A stretch of DNA of 64,000 bases from Candidatus Aminicenantes bacterium (GCA_011773465.1 WVXO01000064.1:57929-121928), one strand, 5' to 3'. Shown: positions 9,242-19,967, counted from the first letter of the stretch. Program-made: numbers and translations. Notes: generated from the letters alone by a model not told the origin.

Positions 9242-10126
9242 ATGTTTCACAAGAAAGCCTTTAAAACCCAGCTGGTATCTTTATCCATCATTCTGGCCTT
9301 CTCTATTCTAGTCGGATGTGCTGCTAAACTTCCTATCTGGGGAGATCCTCAAACAGGCCTGATCCTTCGATACCGAATGGCAGAAGACCAGGTGCTGAAA
9401 TATCAGTTAACGATTAAACAAACTCAGGACGTAGAGGTCATGGGTCAGCAAATGAAAACCGAGACAAAAGGTGAAATTGCCTTCACGGCAAAATCAAAAG
9501 GCCTGAAGGAAAATAATCATCAACTTGGTATCACTATTGATTCTATGAATATCAATATCAACAGTCCTCAAGGTGAAATTTCTCCGGACATGAGTAGTGT
9601 AGAGGGAAAAAGTTTTGACATGACTATGTCTGCGTTAGGAAAAGAATTGGATTTATCGGGCGCAGAATCTATCCAGTATGATTTAGGCCAGGCGGGCAAG
9701 CGTGATGTTGCCACAAATTTCCAGGCCGTATTCCCAGACTTGGCTAATAAGCCTGTAAAGGTCGGAGATACCTGGGCAAGTAAAGATGGTATTAATGAAA
9801 AAATTGGCAGCGGTGAAATCAAGATAAGTCTGGAAAGTCTTAATACCCTGGAAGGATTCGAGACTGTAGATGGACTGGAATGCGCCAAAATAACTGCAAA
9901 AATAACAGGAACCCTTGAAGGTGGAGGGAATCAAGGAGGCGCGGACCTGGCCTTTAAGGGAGACATAGAAGGCACTGAAACATGGCATTTTGCTTATAAA
10001 GAAGGTCTTTTTGTCAAACAGATTGCTGATGTGTTTACAAAAGGGACTGTTAGCGTCCGCGGACCACAGGAAATGTCTATTCCCCTGGCACAAAATATGA
10101 AAATTGAAATTAAACTGATCAAATGA
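9242..10126 (+). CDS. Hypothetical lipoprotein.
   Basis: Signal peptide with lipobox 'ILVGCAA'. No recognisable catalytic motif. Preceded by the canonical promoter at 9135-9163. Confidence 0.55.
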   Translation: MFHKKAFKTQLVSLSIILAFSILVGCAAKLPIWGDPQTGLILRYRMAEDQVLKYQLTIKQTQDVEVMGQQMKTETKGEIAFTAKSKGLKENNHQLGITIDSMNININSPQGEISPDMSSVEGKSFDMTMSALGKELDLSGAESIQYDLGQAGKRDVATNFQAVFPDLANKPVKVGDTWASKDGINEKIGSGEIKISLESLNTLEGFETVDGLECAKITAKITGTLEGGGNQGGADLAFKGDIEGTETWHFAYKEGLFVKQIADVFTKGTVSVRGPQEMSIPLAQNMKIEIKLIK

Positions 10127-10352
10127 GCAACTCAATAATTAACGATTGTTAAGATCGCATTTTTTTTGCCGATTGATCTAATAAATCATCTTAAAATCAA
10201 AAGGCATAAGCATCGGTCTTTTTTCTGTTCATAACGTTCCTCTCCTTTCTTCATTCGAAGTTGAACTAAGTTTTTTCTTGTTATATAAACCGTAGAAGAG
10301 CCCAGATGATAAAAATCACACTCTACTCAGGACATTTTAAATATTCAGGGCA

Positions 10353-11684
10353 TTGGATATTTTCCAGCAAATGAAAAATAAAGAAACTCCTAAGTTAAGA
10401 AGCGTAATGGGCCTGCCACACGCGACTGCAATGGTTGCTGGCACCATAATCGGCGCAGCGATTTTTGTCCAGCCTTCAGAAATAACCGGACAGGTTCCCT
10501 CAGTAGGCGGGATTTTCCTTGTTTGGTTGATTGCAGGCATATTGACATTTTTCGGAGCCTTGGTTTGTGCTGAGTTGTCTTCAATTTTTGCTCAATCTGG
10601 GGGAGTGTATATTTATCTGAAAGAGGCATTTTCTCCTTCCATTGGCTTTTTGTGGGGATGGAGCATGTTTTGGAGTATACATTCAGGAATTATCGCCGCG
10701 ATTGCAGTTATATTTGCTCGCTACATCGGTTTTTTTGTTGCCATGAGCGATGCCACAATTAAAGTCGTTGCCATTGGCGTTATCATCGTAATTTCTGCTA
10801 TCAATTACGTAGGTGTAAAACAGGGCAGCACAGTACAAACACTATTTACGTTGGGAAAAGTGGTGGCCATAGTTTTTATTGTTATCTTTGGTTTTGTGTT
10901 CGGCTCAAAAGTTCCTGGGCATTTTGTAACGAGAGGTATCGCTACTAATGAAATTTCCATCAGTCATTTCTTCCTCGCTTTGGTTGCCGGTCTATTCGCT
11001 TTTGGCGGCTGGCATATGGTTACCTACAACTCTGAGGAAACCATTAATCCCCGCAAAACTATTCCGCGCGCCTTGATGTTAGGAACAGTGATAGTCACTC
11101 TGTGCTATATCGCTATGAATGCGGTGTACATGTACATTTTACCGTTAAATGTAGTAGCCTCATCCAAGCGAATTGCCGCGGATGCGGCAAACACACTGCT
11201 AGGTTACGGAGGCGGTTCGCTCATGTCCGCCTTAGTTATATTTTCAACCTTTGGTGCTTTAACTGGTATTATCCTTTGTGGGCCTCGTGTCTATTATTCC
11301 ATGGCAAGAGATGGCCTGCTGTTCCGTTGGATTGGCGCAATACATGAACGGTACCGAACCCCTCACAGAGCTATTGTCATACAAACAGTCTGGTCATCGA
11401 TTCTGGTAGTAACCGGCACATATAAAAGGCTCTTCACTAGAGTAATCTATACCGAATGGATTTTCTTCTGTTTAATGACCATCGGTTTATTCTTGCTTCG
11501 ACGCAGGCCTGGCATTGCCCGAGGTTTCAGTATCTGGGGCTATCCTGTAATTCCAGCCATTTTTATCCTCTCGTCAGTTGCCATAGTAACCAATCAAATT
11601 ATATCTGACCCCTTAGAAAGTTTGTTTGGACTAGCCTTAGTTTTAGTTGGATTACCAGTCTATTTATTATGGATAAAAAAATAA
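10353..11684 (+). CDS. APC-superfamily amino acid permease.
   Basis: Twelve hydrophobic segments. The N-terminal signature 'ATAMVAGTIIGAAIFVQPSE...FFGALVCAELSS' is typical of the APC family. Confidence 0.8.
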   Translation: MDIFQQMKNKETPKLRSVMGLPHATAMVAGTIIGAAIFVQPSEITGQVPSVGGIFLVWLIAGILTFFGALVCAELSSIFAQSGGVYIYLKEAFSPSIGFLWGWSMFWSIHSGIIAAIAVIFARYIGFFVAMSDATIKVVAIGVIIVISAINYVGVKQGSTVQTLFTLGKVVAIVFIVIFGFVFGSKVPGHFVTRGIATNEISISHFFLALVAGLFAFGGWHMVTYNSEETINPRKTIPRALMLGTVIVTLCYIAMNAVYMYILPLNVVASSKRIAADAANTLLGYGGGSLMSALVIFSTFGALTGIILCGPRVYYSMARDGLLFRWIGAIHERYRTPHRAIVIQTVWSSILVVTGTYKRLFTRVIYTEWIFFCLMTIGLFLLRRRPGIARGFSIWGYPVIPAIFILSSVAIVTNQIISDPLESLFGLALVLVGLPVYLLWIKK

Positions 11685-11715
11685 TTTTTGAAAAAAATTT
11701 TAAGGAGTTTTAAAT

Positions 11716-12702
11716 ATGACCATTATCGATTTTCACAACCATTTTTATCCTCCCCAATACATTGAAGCTTTACAAAGCGGACCAAGCAATATCAAAGTGT
11801 CATTTGATTCTGAAAACAATCCGCTTCTACATTATCCGGGAGATTATAATATAGTTGTTCGGGAACACACGGATATTGACTTTCGGGCAGGGATTCTGAA
11901 AGAGGCTGGAATTGATAAACAGATTCTCACTTTTACTACTCCTGGAACCCATATCGAGTCTCCTGAACGTTCCGTTGAGTTAGCCCGCATGGTCAATAAC
12001 AGTTTCGCCAAAATAATGGATGAGCCCCAAGACTATTTCACAGCATTAGCCACACTTCCGCTCAACGACCCCCAGGCCTCGGTTGTTGAGCTAGAACGCG
12101 CCCTTAATGATCTGGGATTTAGAGGAGTGATGGTTTACAGCAATATCAACGGAACAGCACTGAGTGATAAATGCTTTTGGCCGTTATACGAAAAAGCCAA
12201 TGATTTAAATGCTGTGTTTTATATTCACCCCAGTTTTCCTGTGGGGGTGGAGGCAATGACTGATTACTGGCTTATGCCCCTGGTTGGATTCACCTTTGAT
12301 ACTACGTTGGCGGCGGCAAAACTGGTTTTTAGCGGAGTAGCCGAAAAATTTCCAAGAATAAGATGGGTTCTGGCCCATCTGGGCGGTGCAATTCCTTATC
12401 TTGCAGAGAGGCTTGATAGAGGATATTTTGCCTTCAAGGAATGCCGGGAGAATATCAATAAACCGCCGAGCGAATACCTTAAGAACTTTTACTATGATAC
12501 GGTAAACTTTGATCTAAATGCACTGAAGCTTGCGGTTGACTTTGCCGGTGCAGAGCATTTAGTCGCTGGAAGCGATTATCCTCATCAGATTGGAAGCCTG
12601 GGAAAAATGGTTGATAGCATCGAGAAGTTGAATATTTCTTCAAAAGAAAAAGAAGCTGTATACGGCGGAAATGCCAGCAAGCTATTGGAGATCATTCCCT
12701 AG
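11716..12702 (+). CDS. Amidohydrolase-2 family protein (ACMSD-like metal-dependent decarboxylase/hydrolase).
   Basis: 'IIDFHNHF' (HxH), 'VLAHLGGAIPY' and 'GSDYPH' are characteristic of PF04909-type TIM-barrel enzymes. Confidence 0.7.
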   Translation: MTIIDFHNHFYPPQYIEALQSGPSNIKVSFDSENNPLLHYPGDYNIVVREHTDIDFRAGILKEAGIDKQILTFTTPGTHIESPERSVELARMVNNSFAKIMDEPQDYFTALATLPLNDPQASVVELERALNDLGFRGVMVYSNINGTALSDKCFWPLYEKANDLNAVFYIHPSFPVGVEAMTDYWLMPLVGFTFDTTLAAAKLVFSGVAEKFPRIRWVLAHLGGAIPYLAERLDRGYFAFKECRENINKPPSEYLKNFYYDTVNFDLNALKLAVDFAGAEHLVAGSDYPHQIGSLGKMVDSIEKLNISSKEKEAVYGGNASKLLEIIP

Positions 12703-13702
12703 GATTAAAGGGATATGACTTTCCCAGGAATGAAAGGTTGCCGTCAGAATCAACAATGATGGCGCCGTAATCGAGGTATCTCTCTAATATTTTTGTCGGC
12801 TCCTGGCTTACAAACAGGGCCGTTGAGAGAGCATCACAAATAAGAGTTTCGGGCCCACAGACTGTTACGCTCTGTTTGCCTTGAGCAGGGTATCCTGTGC
12901 GTGGGTCAAAAACGTGATGGTAGCGAACTCCGTCCTTTAAAAAATATCTTTGATAATCACCTGTTGTTGCTGCTCCAAGGTTTGAGATTGATAAGACACC
13001 AAGAAAGCCGCTTTCCCGAGGATGCTTTATACCGATATTCCAGGATTGATCACTAGGATTTTTCCCCCAGCAGTAAAGATCGCCTCCAGCGTTTATAAAT
13101 CCCCTTGATATTCCCATCTGGAGTAAAGATTTCGACGCAAGGTCTATCCCGAAACCCTTGGCAATTGCTCCCCAATCAAGTTCCATGCCAGGCAGAAGGA
13201 TAAGAGCCTCATTTCTCTGTTCTATCTTTTCCATTCCGATGACTTTTAAAACAGATTTTATTTTTTCCGGGGCTGGCACAACATAGGATTTGTCAAAGAA
13301 TCCCCAAACTCGGGATAGCGGGGCTACTGTGACATCAAAACATCCATCGGAGTCATGATAAACTTTTAAGCTTCTCTCGAAAAGTTCTAAAACGAGCGGA
13401 GATGAGTAATCATCAGCTCCGGGTGAGAAGAGAGACTCTATTTCAGAAAATACTCGTTGCACCTCTTCCTGAGCTGATTTAGACATAGATGCTGAACTGA
13501 AGATATTTATCTCACAAATAGTATCAAAAGCAAGGATTGTTGATGTCTGCCACTTCTCTTTTGTACCACAACCAGGGAGAAGAAAAATAGAACCAAGCAG
13601 AAGGATACAGAGTTTTCTAGCCAATGGAAGTATCAATATGACTGGGTCCTTGTATTTCCAGGAAAAAATGGTTTGGAACACAGATAATCCTTTCTCCAGC
13701 AA
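12692..13702 (-). CDS. apbE: FAD:protein FMN transferase (ApbE family), lipoprotein.
   Basis: Lipobox 'FLLPGCG'. ApbE motifs include 'DVTVAPLSRVWGF', 'AIAKGFGIDL', 'INAGGDL', 'TTGDYQRYF' and 'HHVFDPRTGYPA'. The real start is probably downstream of the annotated one, as the signal begins near residue 30. Confidence 0.8.
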   Translation of the reverse strand: MLEKGLSVFQTIFSWKYKDPVILILPLARKLCILLLGSIFLLPGCGTKEKWQTSTILAFDTICEINIFSSASMSKSAQEEVQRVFSEIESLFSPGADDYSSPLVLELFERSLKVYHDSDGCFDVTVAPLSRVWGFFDKSYVVPAPEKIKSVLKVIGMEKIEQRNEALILLPGMELDWGAIAKGFGIDLASKSLLQMGISRGFINAGGDLYCWGKNPSDQSWNIGIKHPRESGFLGVLSISNLGAATTGDYQRYFLKDGVRYHHVFDPRTGYPAQGKQSVTVCGPETLICDALSTALFVSQEPTKILERYLDYGAIIVDSDGNLSFLGKSYPFNPRE

Positions 13703-14351
13703 AAGAAACGGGTGGAGAAGAGAGGCAGATTTTATGGCGGCAGGAAGATTCTGAGACCCAAGATTTTCTATCGTTGACTCTGAGAGTTATTTTTCCTCCT
13801 CTGGCTATGTATGATCTTGTGACATTTTCCTCCAAGGAAATCATCTCTGTCTTGCGACCATCCTTGTATACAGAAACATATTTTCCAGAGAAGAGGCGAG
13901 ATTGCCTGCTTTTAAATGAAACAATTGTCAAACAGGAGGAGAGCATGTGATTTTTATTCATTTCTCTCCAGAGAGAGTAGAATTTGCGAGATCTTATATC
14001 CCAGATTCTCCCTTCTTTTATTAGAGTGAAGGAAGGCAGATTTTTTCTGTGAAGAGGCCTGAATGAAAAGGTCAAACCAGCTTGGGTGGGTTTATGGACA
14101 TAGGTCAAGCCCCTCTGAGAGAGAATACGCCTTAGACCATTCTCACGGGGATGAGAATTGAGAAAAGAAAAGCTGTTTCCGTAGTTTGCGACATAATTAT
14201 GCAATTCTTCAAGGATTAAGGAGAAGATCTCTTCAGGATTGTCTGCAATAAGATAAAGCTCGCAGCCGCCTTTCCCTTTTTTTGCTGCCAGGAAAAGAGG
14301 AGTGAGAACAGGAGTTAAGATAACTTTTTTAAAAAAATCACGCCTCTCCAT
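13617..14351 (-). CDS. Hypothetical protein with a twin-arginine-like signal (start taken at MERRDFFKK).
   Basis: 'MERRDFFKKVILTPVLTPLFLAAK' resembles a Tat signal. Its 3' end overlaps the apbE start by ~86 nt, suggesting co-transcription. No known domain recognised. Confidence 0.45.
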   Translation of the reverse strand: MERRDFFKKVILTPVLTPLFLAAKKGKGGCELYLIADNPEEIFSLILEELHNYVANYGNSFSFLNSHPRENGLRRILSQRGLTYVHKPTQAGLTFSFRPLHRKNLPSFTLIKEGRIWDIRSRKFYSLWREMNKNHMLSSCLTIVSFKSRQSRLFSGKYVSVYKDGRKTEMISLEENVTRSYIARGGKITLRVNDRKSWVSESSCRHKICLSSPPVSFAGERIICVPNHFFLEIQGPSHIDTSIG

Positions 14352-14426
14352 TGCCGTCTCTTTCTTTATTATCTTAATAAAGCTATTGCTCAAAATTTTT
14401 ATTGAATTCTCATAGAAAGTCAACGG

Positions 14427-14539
14427 GGTCAGACCTTTCAAACTTTTATAAGTTGTATATTTTGGTATAATCTTATAAAGAACTGGGCCATTAAACAAGC
14501 TTCAAATGAAAAAATCATGAAAATTTGAAAGGTCTGACC
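14427..14539. promoter_or_regulatory. 16-bp inverted repeat (ggtcagacctttcaaa / tttgaaaggtctgacc) bracketing an extended -10 promoter-like TGGTATAAT (14463-14471).
   Basis: Both half-sites read directly and are perfect reverse complements ~80 bp apart. TTGACA-N17-TATTTT (14548-14576) follows. Upstream of the DoxX / Gfo-Idh-MocA operon. Confidence 0.45.
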
Positions 14540-14724
14540 ACGAAGTATTGACACGCCTTCTAAATCTGTATATTTTAGTGCTGATTTATTGGGTATCTTT
14601 TCTTAATCATGAACTCACGTAGTTTAAAACAAACTCTGAGCTATCGAAGAGTAAAATCTTACGTCTGCGAATGACTTATTGCAATATTTATGATTTTCTA
14701 TCCAAAACATAAGGTAGGGGAGAG

Positions 14725-15249
14725 ATGTTGAAAAAAACATTATTTTATCTAGCATTATATCCAACTCGGCTGCCAAATTATACTACGACTCAATTAACTG
14801 CTCTGATCGTTCTGAGGGTTCTTATTGGCTGGCATTTTCTGTATGAGGGTATCGTAAAAGTGCTTAATCCATATTGGTCTTCAGCTGGATTTCTTATAGA
14901 GGCAAAAGGAATATTTTCAGGACTGGCAACTTCTATAGTGGCCAGCCCCGAAGCTTTAAGAATAGTTGACTTTTTAAATATGTGGGGATTGATTGCGATC
15001 GGGTTGGGATTGATAGCAGGATGTCTGACTCGTATTGCAAGTGTTTCTGGAATTGCACTTTTATTTTTCTATTACGTTTTTAATCCGCCGTTTATCGGGT
15101 ATACATACTCAACCCCTGTCGAAGGAAGCTATATAATCGTTAACAAGAACTTAATAGAAATGTGTGCCTTGTTTGTTCTGACAATATTTCCTACGGGAAC
15201 AATCATCGGATTAGACAGGTTGATTTTCGTGAAAAAGAAACCTGAATAA
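14725..15249 (+). CDS. DoxX-family membrane protein.
   Basis: Four TM helices. 'TALIVLRVLIGWHFLYEGIVKV' matches the DoxX N-terminal signature. Confidence 0.65.
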   Translation: MLKKTLFYLALYPTRLPNYTTTQLTALIVLRVLIGWHFLYEGIVKVLNPYWSSAGFLIEAKGIFSGLATSIVASPEALRIVDFLNMWGLIAIGLGLIAGCLTRIASVSGIALLFFYYVFNPPFIGYTYSTPVEGSYIIVNKNLIEMCALFVLTIFPTGTIIGLDRLIFVKKKPE

Positions 15250-15283
15250 AAAATTCTGAAAATATTTTTTTGGAGGAATTCGA

Positions 15284-16981
15284 ATGAACCAGAAAAAAAA
15301 GAAAAAATCCTCTGATAAGCAGCGCAAAAAATCTACTATAAAAGAAAAGGTATCTGGCAAGATGAGCAAAAAGCCAGACAAGAAAGGAAAAGTGATGGAT
15401 CAAATAAGCAGAGAGCCTGAAAAAGAAGATAAGGTAAGTCTCGGGCGAAGGGATATTCTCAAAGCACTGGCGACAATTCCTGTATTTGGCCCGTTTTTAT
15501 ATGCCTTTTTAAAAAAGAAAATATCAGACGATTTTAAGAAAAAGGAGATTCTCGCGGAACTGGGCATAAGCAGGAAAGCACCAGCCGTTCTTCCTAAAAC
15601 CATCTTAAAAAAGTCCAAGGAACTCGTAAGGTTGGGAATTATCGGTTTCGGAGTCAGGGGCGAAGACCTCGTGCGTGGCGCTGGCTATGCTCATCCTGAC
15701 TGGATAGAGAAAAAAAAGAAACAAGCCAAAGAAAACAAATTGGATAAAGGCTTAGAAACATTCTTAAATCAGGAGGACTTGAATGTGGTTCTGTCCGGAG
15801 TCTGCGATGTGTTTGATGTCCGAGCAGAGAGAGGCATCGCTGCGTCTCTGAATGATGTCAGGCCCGGCGGAGGCTCTGGGTTATTAAAAGGAGCAAAACG
15901 TTATATTCACTACCAGGATCTTATCCAGAGCAATGATGTTGACGCTGTTATCATTGCAACCCCTGATCACTGGCATGCTCAAATGACTATCGATGCTGTC
16001 AACGCAGGAAAACATGTTTACTGCGAGAAGTGTATGACCAGGACCGTTGATGAAACATTTAAGATCAGCGAAGCTGTTAAGAACAGCGGAAAGGTTTTCC
16101 AATTAGGTCATCAAGGCCGACAACAGGAAAGCTATATCAAAGCCAAACAAATAGCGGAAAAGAATATTCTTGGAAAAATTACCCTCGTTGAGACAACAAC
16201 AAACCGCAACTCTCCCCAAGGAGCCTGGGTTTACGATATTCACGAAGAAGGAAGCCCTGAAACGATAGACTGGGAGCAGTTTCAAGGACCAGCTCCCCAC
16301 AAAGTGCCCTTCAGTCTCGAACGGTTTTTCCGCTGGCGCTGCTGGTTTGATTATGGAACGGGTCTCTCCGGTGATCTATTATCGCATGAATATGATGCTG
16401 CTAATCAGATCTTGGAGCTTGGCATTCCTAAATCAGTAGTGGCTTCTGGCGGCATCTTTTTTTTCAAAGACGGACGAGATGTCCCTGATGTTTTCCAAGC
16501 CGTGTATGAATACCGTGACAGGGATTTGACGCTTGTCTACAGCGCAACTCTCGCCAATGGCAGACACCGTGGGAAAATATTTATGGGCCATGACGCTTCA
16601 ATGGAGGTCGGCTCCAGCCTGACAGTCACAGCTGACTGGGAATCAACGCGGTATAAAGAAAAAATTATGAACAAGATCATAAACACATCATTACCGTTAT
16701 TCACCTACCAGCCCGGCTTAAAAGGAATTGACACAGTCACCTCAGCAACAGAAAGATATTTCGCCACTAGGGGGCTAATGTATACCATGAGAGGAGGAAG
16801 GCCGGTTAATACAACTCATCTCCATATCAAAGAATGGCTTGACTGTATCAGGAACGGCGGACAACCGAGTTGCAATATAGACCGCGGCTTCGAAGAAGCG
16901 ATAACCTGTCACATGGCAACTATTTCTTATCTGGAGGGGCGCAAGGTAGAATGGGACTCAGTGAACAAGAAAATTGTCTAA
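15284..16981 (+). CDS. Tat-exported Gfo/Idh/MocA-family NAD(P)-dependent oxidoreductase (glycoside 3-dehydrogenase-like).
   Basis: Lys-rich N-terminal extension, then Tat signal 'SLGRRDILKALATIPVFG'. Rossmann 'LGIIGFGVRGEDL' and 'VDAVIIATPDHWHAQMTIDAVNAGKHVYCEK' follow. The real start is probably an internal Met at about 15362 or 15395. Confidence 0.8.
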   Translation: MNQKKKKKSSDKQRKKSTIKEKVSGKMSKKPDKKGKVMDQISREPEKEDKVSLGRRDILKALATIPVFGPFLYAFLKKKISDDFKKKEILAELGISRKAPAVLPKTILKKSKELVRLGIIGFGVRGEDLVRGAGYAHPDWIEKKKKQAKENKLDKGLETFLNQEDLNVVLSGVCDVFDVRAERGIAASLNDVRPGGGSGLLKGAKRYIHYQDLIQSNDVDAVIIATPDHWHAQMTIDAVNAGKHVYCEKCMTRTVDETFKISEAVKNSGKVFQLGHQGRQQESYIKAKQIAEKNILGKITLVETTTNRNSPQGAWVYDIHEEGSPETIDWEQFQGPAPHKVPFSLERFFRWRCWFDYGTGLSGDLLSHEYDAANQILELGIPKSVVASGGIFFFKDGRDVPDVFQAVYEYRDRDLTLVYSATLANGRHRGKIFMGHDASMEVGSSLTVTADWESTRYKEKIMNKIINTSLPLFTYQPGLKGIDTVTSATERYFATRGLMYTMRGGRPVNTTHLHIKEWLDCIRNGGQPSCNIDRGFEEAITCHMATISYLEGRKVEWDSVNKKIV

Positions 16982-17084
16982 ACCGATTTCAGCTTTTTAA
17001 ATATGAATTTGAAAGGCACCCCGATAGTAACAATTCTACTAAATAGAAAAAAGCTATCGACTCATAAATGAAAGTGAGGTCAGC

Positions 17085-18302
17085 ATGAACGTAAAACTAC
17101 GCCTTGGCGTGATGATGTTTTTACAGTATGCAATCTGGGGCGCATGGGCTCCCGTGCTTTCAGCCTATTTAAAAGAAACCCTTGGATTCAGCGGACTACA
17201 CATTGGGATCATTTACAGCCTGCTACCTCTGGCTACGATAATTGCACCATTTATAGGCGGACAAATTGCTGACCGTTATTTCGCCTCCCAGAAAGTCGTG
17301 GGTTTCTTGCAGCTTACAGGCGGCGCTCTGCTTGTTATTATCTCAAATGTTACAGATTACAGAACCATGATGTGGCTGATGTTGTTTTACTGTCTCCTTT
17401 ATGCTCCAACACTTGCTTTGACCAATTCCATCGCTTTCATAAATCTCAAGGACCCTGAAAGGGACTTCGGGATAATAAGAGTATGGGGAACGATAGGATG
17501 GATCGTAGCGGGTCTTGTTCTAATGGGATGGAGATACACAGCCAAATCCTTTGAATCCGTAGTGTTTGCAGGAGACACTTTGCTTCTGGCTGGCATTTTT
17601 TCCCTTATTATGGGTATCCAGTCTTTCGCCTTGCCTCATACACCGCCCAAGAAAGAGGCGGCAAAGCCCTGGGCTTTCCTTGAAGCGCTCAAGATGATGA
17701 AGGAAAAAAACTTCGCTGTCTTCATCATTATTGCTTTTGTTGTGGCTACAGAGCTTATGTTCTACTACATCCTGACAGCACCCTTTCTGACATCGGAAAA
17801 AATAGGCCTTTCGAACGCTGCAATCCCGGGCGTGATGGTTATTGCCCAGGTGGCCGAGATCTTCGTCCTGGCGATTCTCCTGCCTTATCTTATTAAGAGA
17901 ATTGGCATCCGAAACATCCTGGTCATCGGTGTCTTAGCCTGGCCTGCCCGGTATATCATTTTCGCCATAGGTAAACCTTCATGGCTGGTCATCGCCTCAT
18001 TATCCCTTCATGGTTTCTGCTTTGTTTTCTTTTTTGCCGCAGCATTTATTTACGCTGATATGGTGGCACCAAGAGATATCCGGCATTCCGCGCAAAGCTT
18101 CATCATCCTTGTTACCTATGGAATCGGAAATTATTTAGGAAGCCTTTTTGCCGGCTGGATTCATGATTATTTCACGATAGCAGAAATAACAAATTGGACA
18201 GCTGTTTTTCTTGTCCCCTGCGTGTTGACTGTGCTCTGTGCTGTTGCCTTTCTGCTTTTCTTTAAACCGAAACAAACAGCAGTTCATCAGGAAAAGCGCT
18301 GA
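17085..18302 (+). CDS. MFS transporter of the nucleoside:H+ symporter (NupG/XapB-like) family.
   Basis: 'MNVKLRLGVMMFLQYAIWGAWAPVLSAYL' parallels the NupG N-terminus. Twelve TM helices. Confidence 0.7.
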   Translation: MNVKLRLGVMMFLQYAIWGAWAPVLSAYLKETLGFSGLHIGIIYSLLPLATIIAPFIGGQIADRYFASQKVVGFLQLTGGALLVIISNVTDYRTMMWLMLFYCLLYAPTLALTNSIAFINLKDPERDFGIIRVWGTIGWIVAGLVLMGWRYTAKSFESVVFAGDTLLLAGIFSLIMGIQSFALPHTPPKKEAAKPWAFLEALKMMKEKNFAVFIIIAFVVATELMFYYILTAPFLTSEKIGLSNAAIPGVMVIAQVAEIFVLAILLPYLIKRIGIRNILVIGVLAWPARYIIFAIGKPSWLVIASLSLHGFCFVFFFAAAFIYADMVAPRDIRHSAQSFIILVTYGIGNYLGSLFAGWIHDYFTIAEITNWTAVFLVPCVLTVLCAVAFLLFFKPKQTAVHQEKR

Positions 18303-18538
18303 GTTATGAGTGGTGGGGTATGTACAGCAAATTATAGATATCATGCCATGGAAAGTTAATTAAGGAAAGTCAGTTATGAGTAGCTAGTTATAAAACTTGG
18401 GTTATAAGTTCGGAGTTTTAGAAAATTTTAAATTTATTTCTTCCTGGCAATTCATCACTCACGACTCATGATTATTGGCCTGAACCCCGAACTAACAAAA
18501 CTTAACTCTTACTATTTCTATTAAAGGAGAAGGAGAAA

Positions 18539-19789
18539 ATGGCAAAAAGAAAATTGGGCGTTGGATTTATAGGAGCAGGTTTTATTACAAGATTTCACAT
18601 CCGCTCCTGGCTTAGTATCCGCGATGCAGATATTCTGGGAATAGTCTCCAGAACAGAGGAGAGAGCCAAAGAAGCCGCCGCCCTTGCCAAAAAACTCAAT
18701 GTTGGCGAGGCGAAAGCCTATAAATCGATAACCGACATGGTGGCTGATCCCGCAATAGATGCCATCTGGATATGTGCGCCGAACTTTGCTCGCCTTGAGA
18801 ATATGGAGGAGATTGTTGACGCACTAGAAAGAGGGAAAGGAGAACTAATCGGAGTTACGTGCGAAAAACCCCTTGGAAGAAACGTGAAAGAAGCACGAGC
18901 CATGCTCGAGCTTGTTCAAAAGGCAGGGCTTCTGGATGGATATCTTGAAAACCAGGTTTTTGCACCTTCTGTTGTCAGAGGAAAAGAGATTATCTGGACG
19001 CGCGGGGCTGCCATATCAGGGCGCCCCTATCTTGCCCGGGCAGCAGAAGAACACAGTGGCCCTCATATGCCCTGGTTCTGGGAAGGCGAGCTTCAGGGCG
19101 GCGGAGTACTCAATGATATGATGTGCCATTCTGTTGAAGAGGCCCGTTTCATGCTGACTCCTCCGGGTGCTGATAGAAACGCTCTCACACCTGTAAAAAT
19201 AAATGCTCATACTTCATGTTTGAAATGGCAGATTCCCGATTATGCAAGAATTCTCTATGAAAACAGCGGCGGCAAAACAGACTACATCAGAAGGCCTGCT
19301 GAAGATTTCGCCCGCTCTCTGTTAGAATACAAAGATGAAAATGGTGAGAAACTGATAGTCGAGACCACAACATCATGGAGCTTTGTGGGGGCTGGCCTTC
19401 GTTTGAGCATGGAATTGCTGGGGCCGGAATATTCTCTTTTGATCAACACCCTGGATTCAGGCTTAAAGGTGTTTTTTAGCCGGAATGTAAAGGGGAGCGC
19501 GGGAGAGGACCTTGTAGAAAAACAAAACGCTGAAATGGGACTCATGCCCGTAGTGAGTGATGAAGAGAGTGAATACGGATACATAGCGGAAAACCGCCAC
19601 ATGATTCTGTCTTTCCTGCGGGGTAAACGTCCAGAAGAAAACTTCGCTGATGGCGTTAATGTAACAGAGCTCCTGATGACAGCCTACATGAGCGCCGAGC
19701 AAGAGAAGACAATCGCCTTTCCACCTCCTGATCTTGATTCATTTGTACCGGCTGTTGCCAAAGGAGAATGGAACCCAAAGAAATCCTGA
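18539..19789 (+). CDS. Gfo/Idh/MocA-family oxidoreductase (cytoplasmic).
   Basis: 'KLGVGFIGAGFITRFHIRSW' Rossmann motif and 'AIWICAPNFARLENMEE'. No signal peptide. Confidence 0.75.
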   Translation: MAKRKLGVGFIGAGFITRFHIRSWLSIRDADILGIVSRTEERAKEAAALAKKLNVGEAKAYKSITDMVADPAIDAIWICAPNFARLENMEEIVDALERGKGELIGVTCEKPLGRNVKEARAMLELVQKAGLLDGYLENQVFAPSVVRGKEIIWTRGAAISGRPYLARAAEEHSGPHMPWFWEGELQGGGVLNDMMCHSVEEARFMLTPPGADRNALTPVKINAHTSCLKWQIPDYARILYENSGGKTDYIRRPAEDFARSLLEYKDENGEKLIVETTTSWSFVGAGLRLSMELLGPEYSLLINTLDSGLKVFFSRNVKGSAGEDLVEKQNAEMGLMPVVSDEESEYGYIAENRHMILSFLRGKRPEENFADGVNVTELLMTAYMSAEQEKTIAFPPPDLDSFVPAVAKGEWNPKKS

Positions 19790-19967
19790 TAAGAATCAAA
19801 GCCATGCTATTTAGACAGGAGACATCATGAAAAAGAAGCATCGCCAAATCAGTGATTGGAGAAGGTTTTGGGAAATAGCCTAGCTCCCTTCAGATTTTTA
19901 ACGCCATTCTCCATTCGCTCTTCTCGGCGTCTGCGTAACTCGCTCCGCTCAGACATACTCGCCAAAA

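Noticed and set aside
12692-14351. The Tat-signal hypothetical protein upstream of apbE as the flavinylation substrate of ApbE.
   Set aside because: I could not find the Dxx(S/T)GA(S/T) flavinylation motif in its sequence. Kept only as a possible co-transcribed partner.
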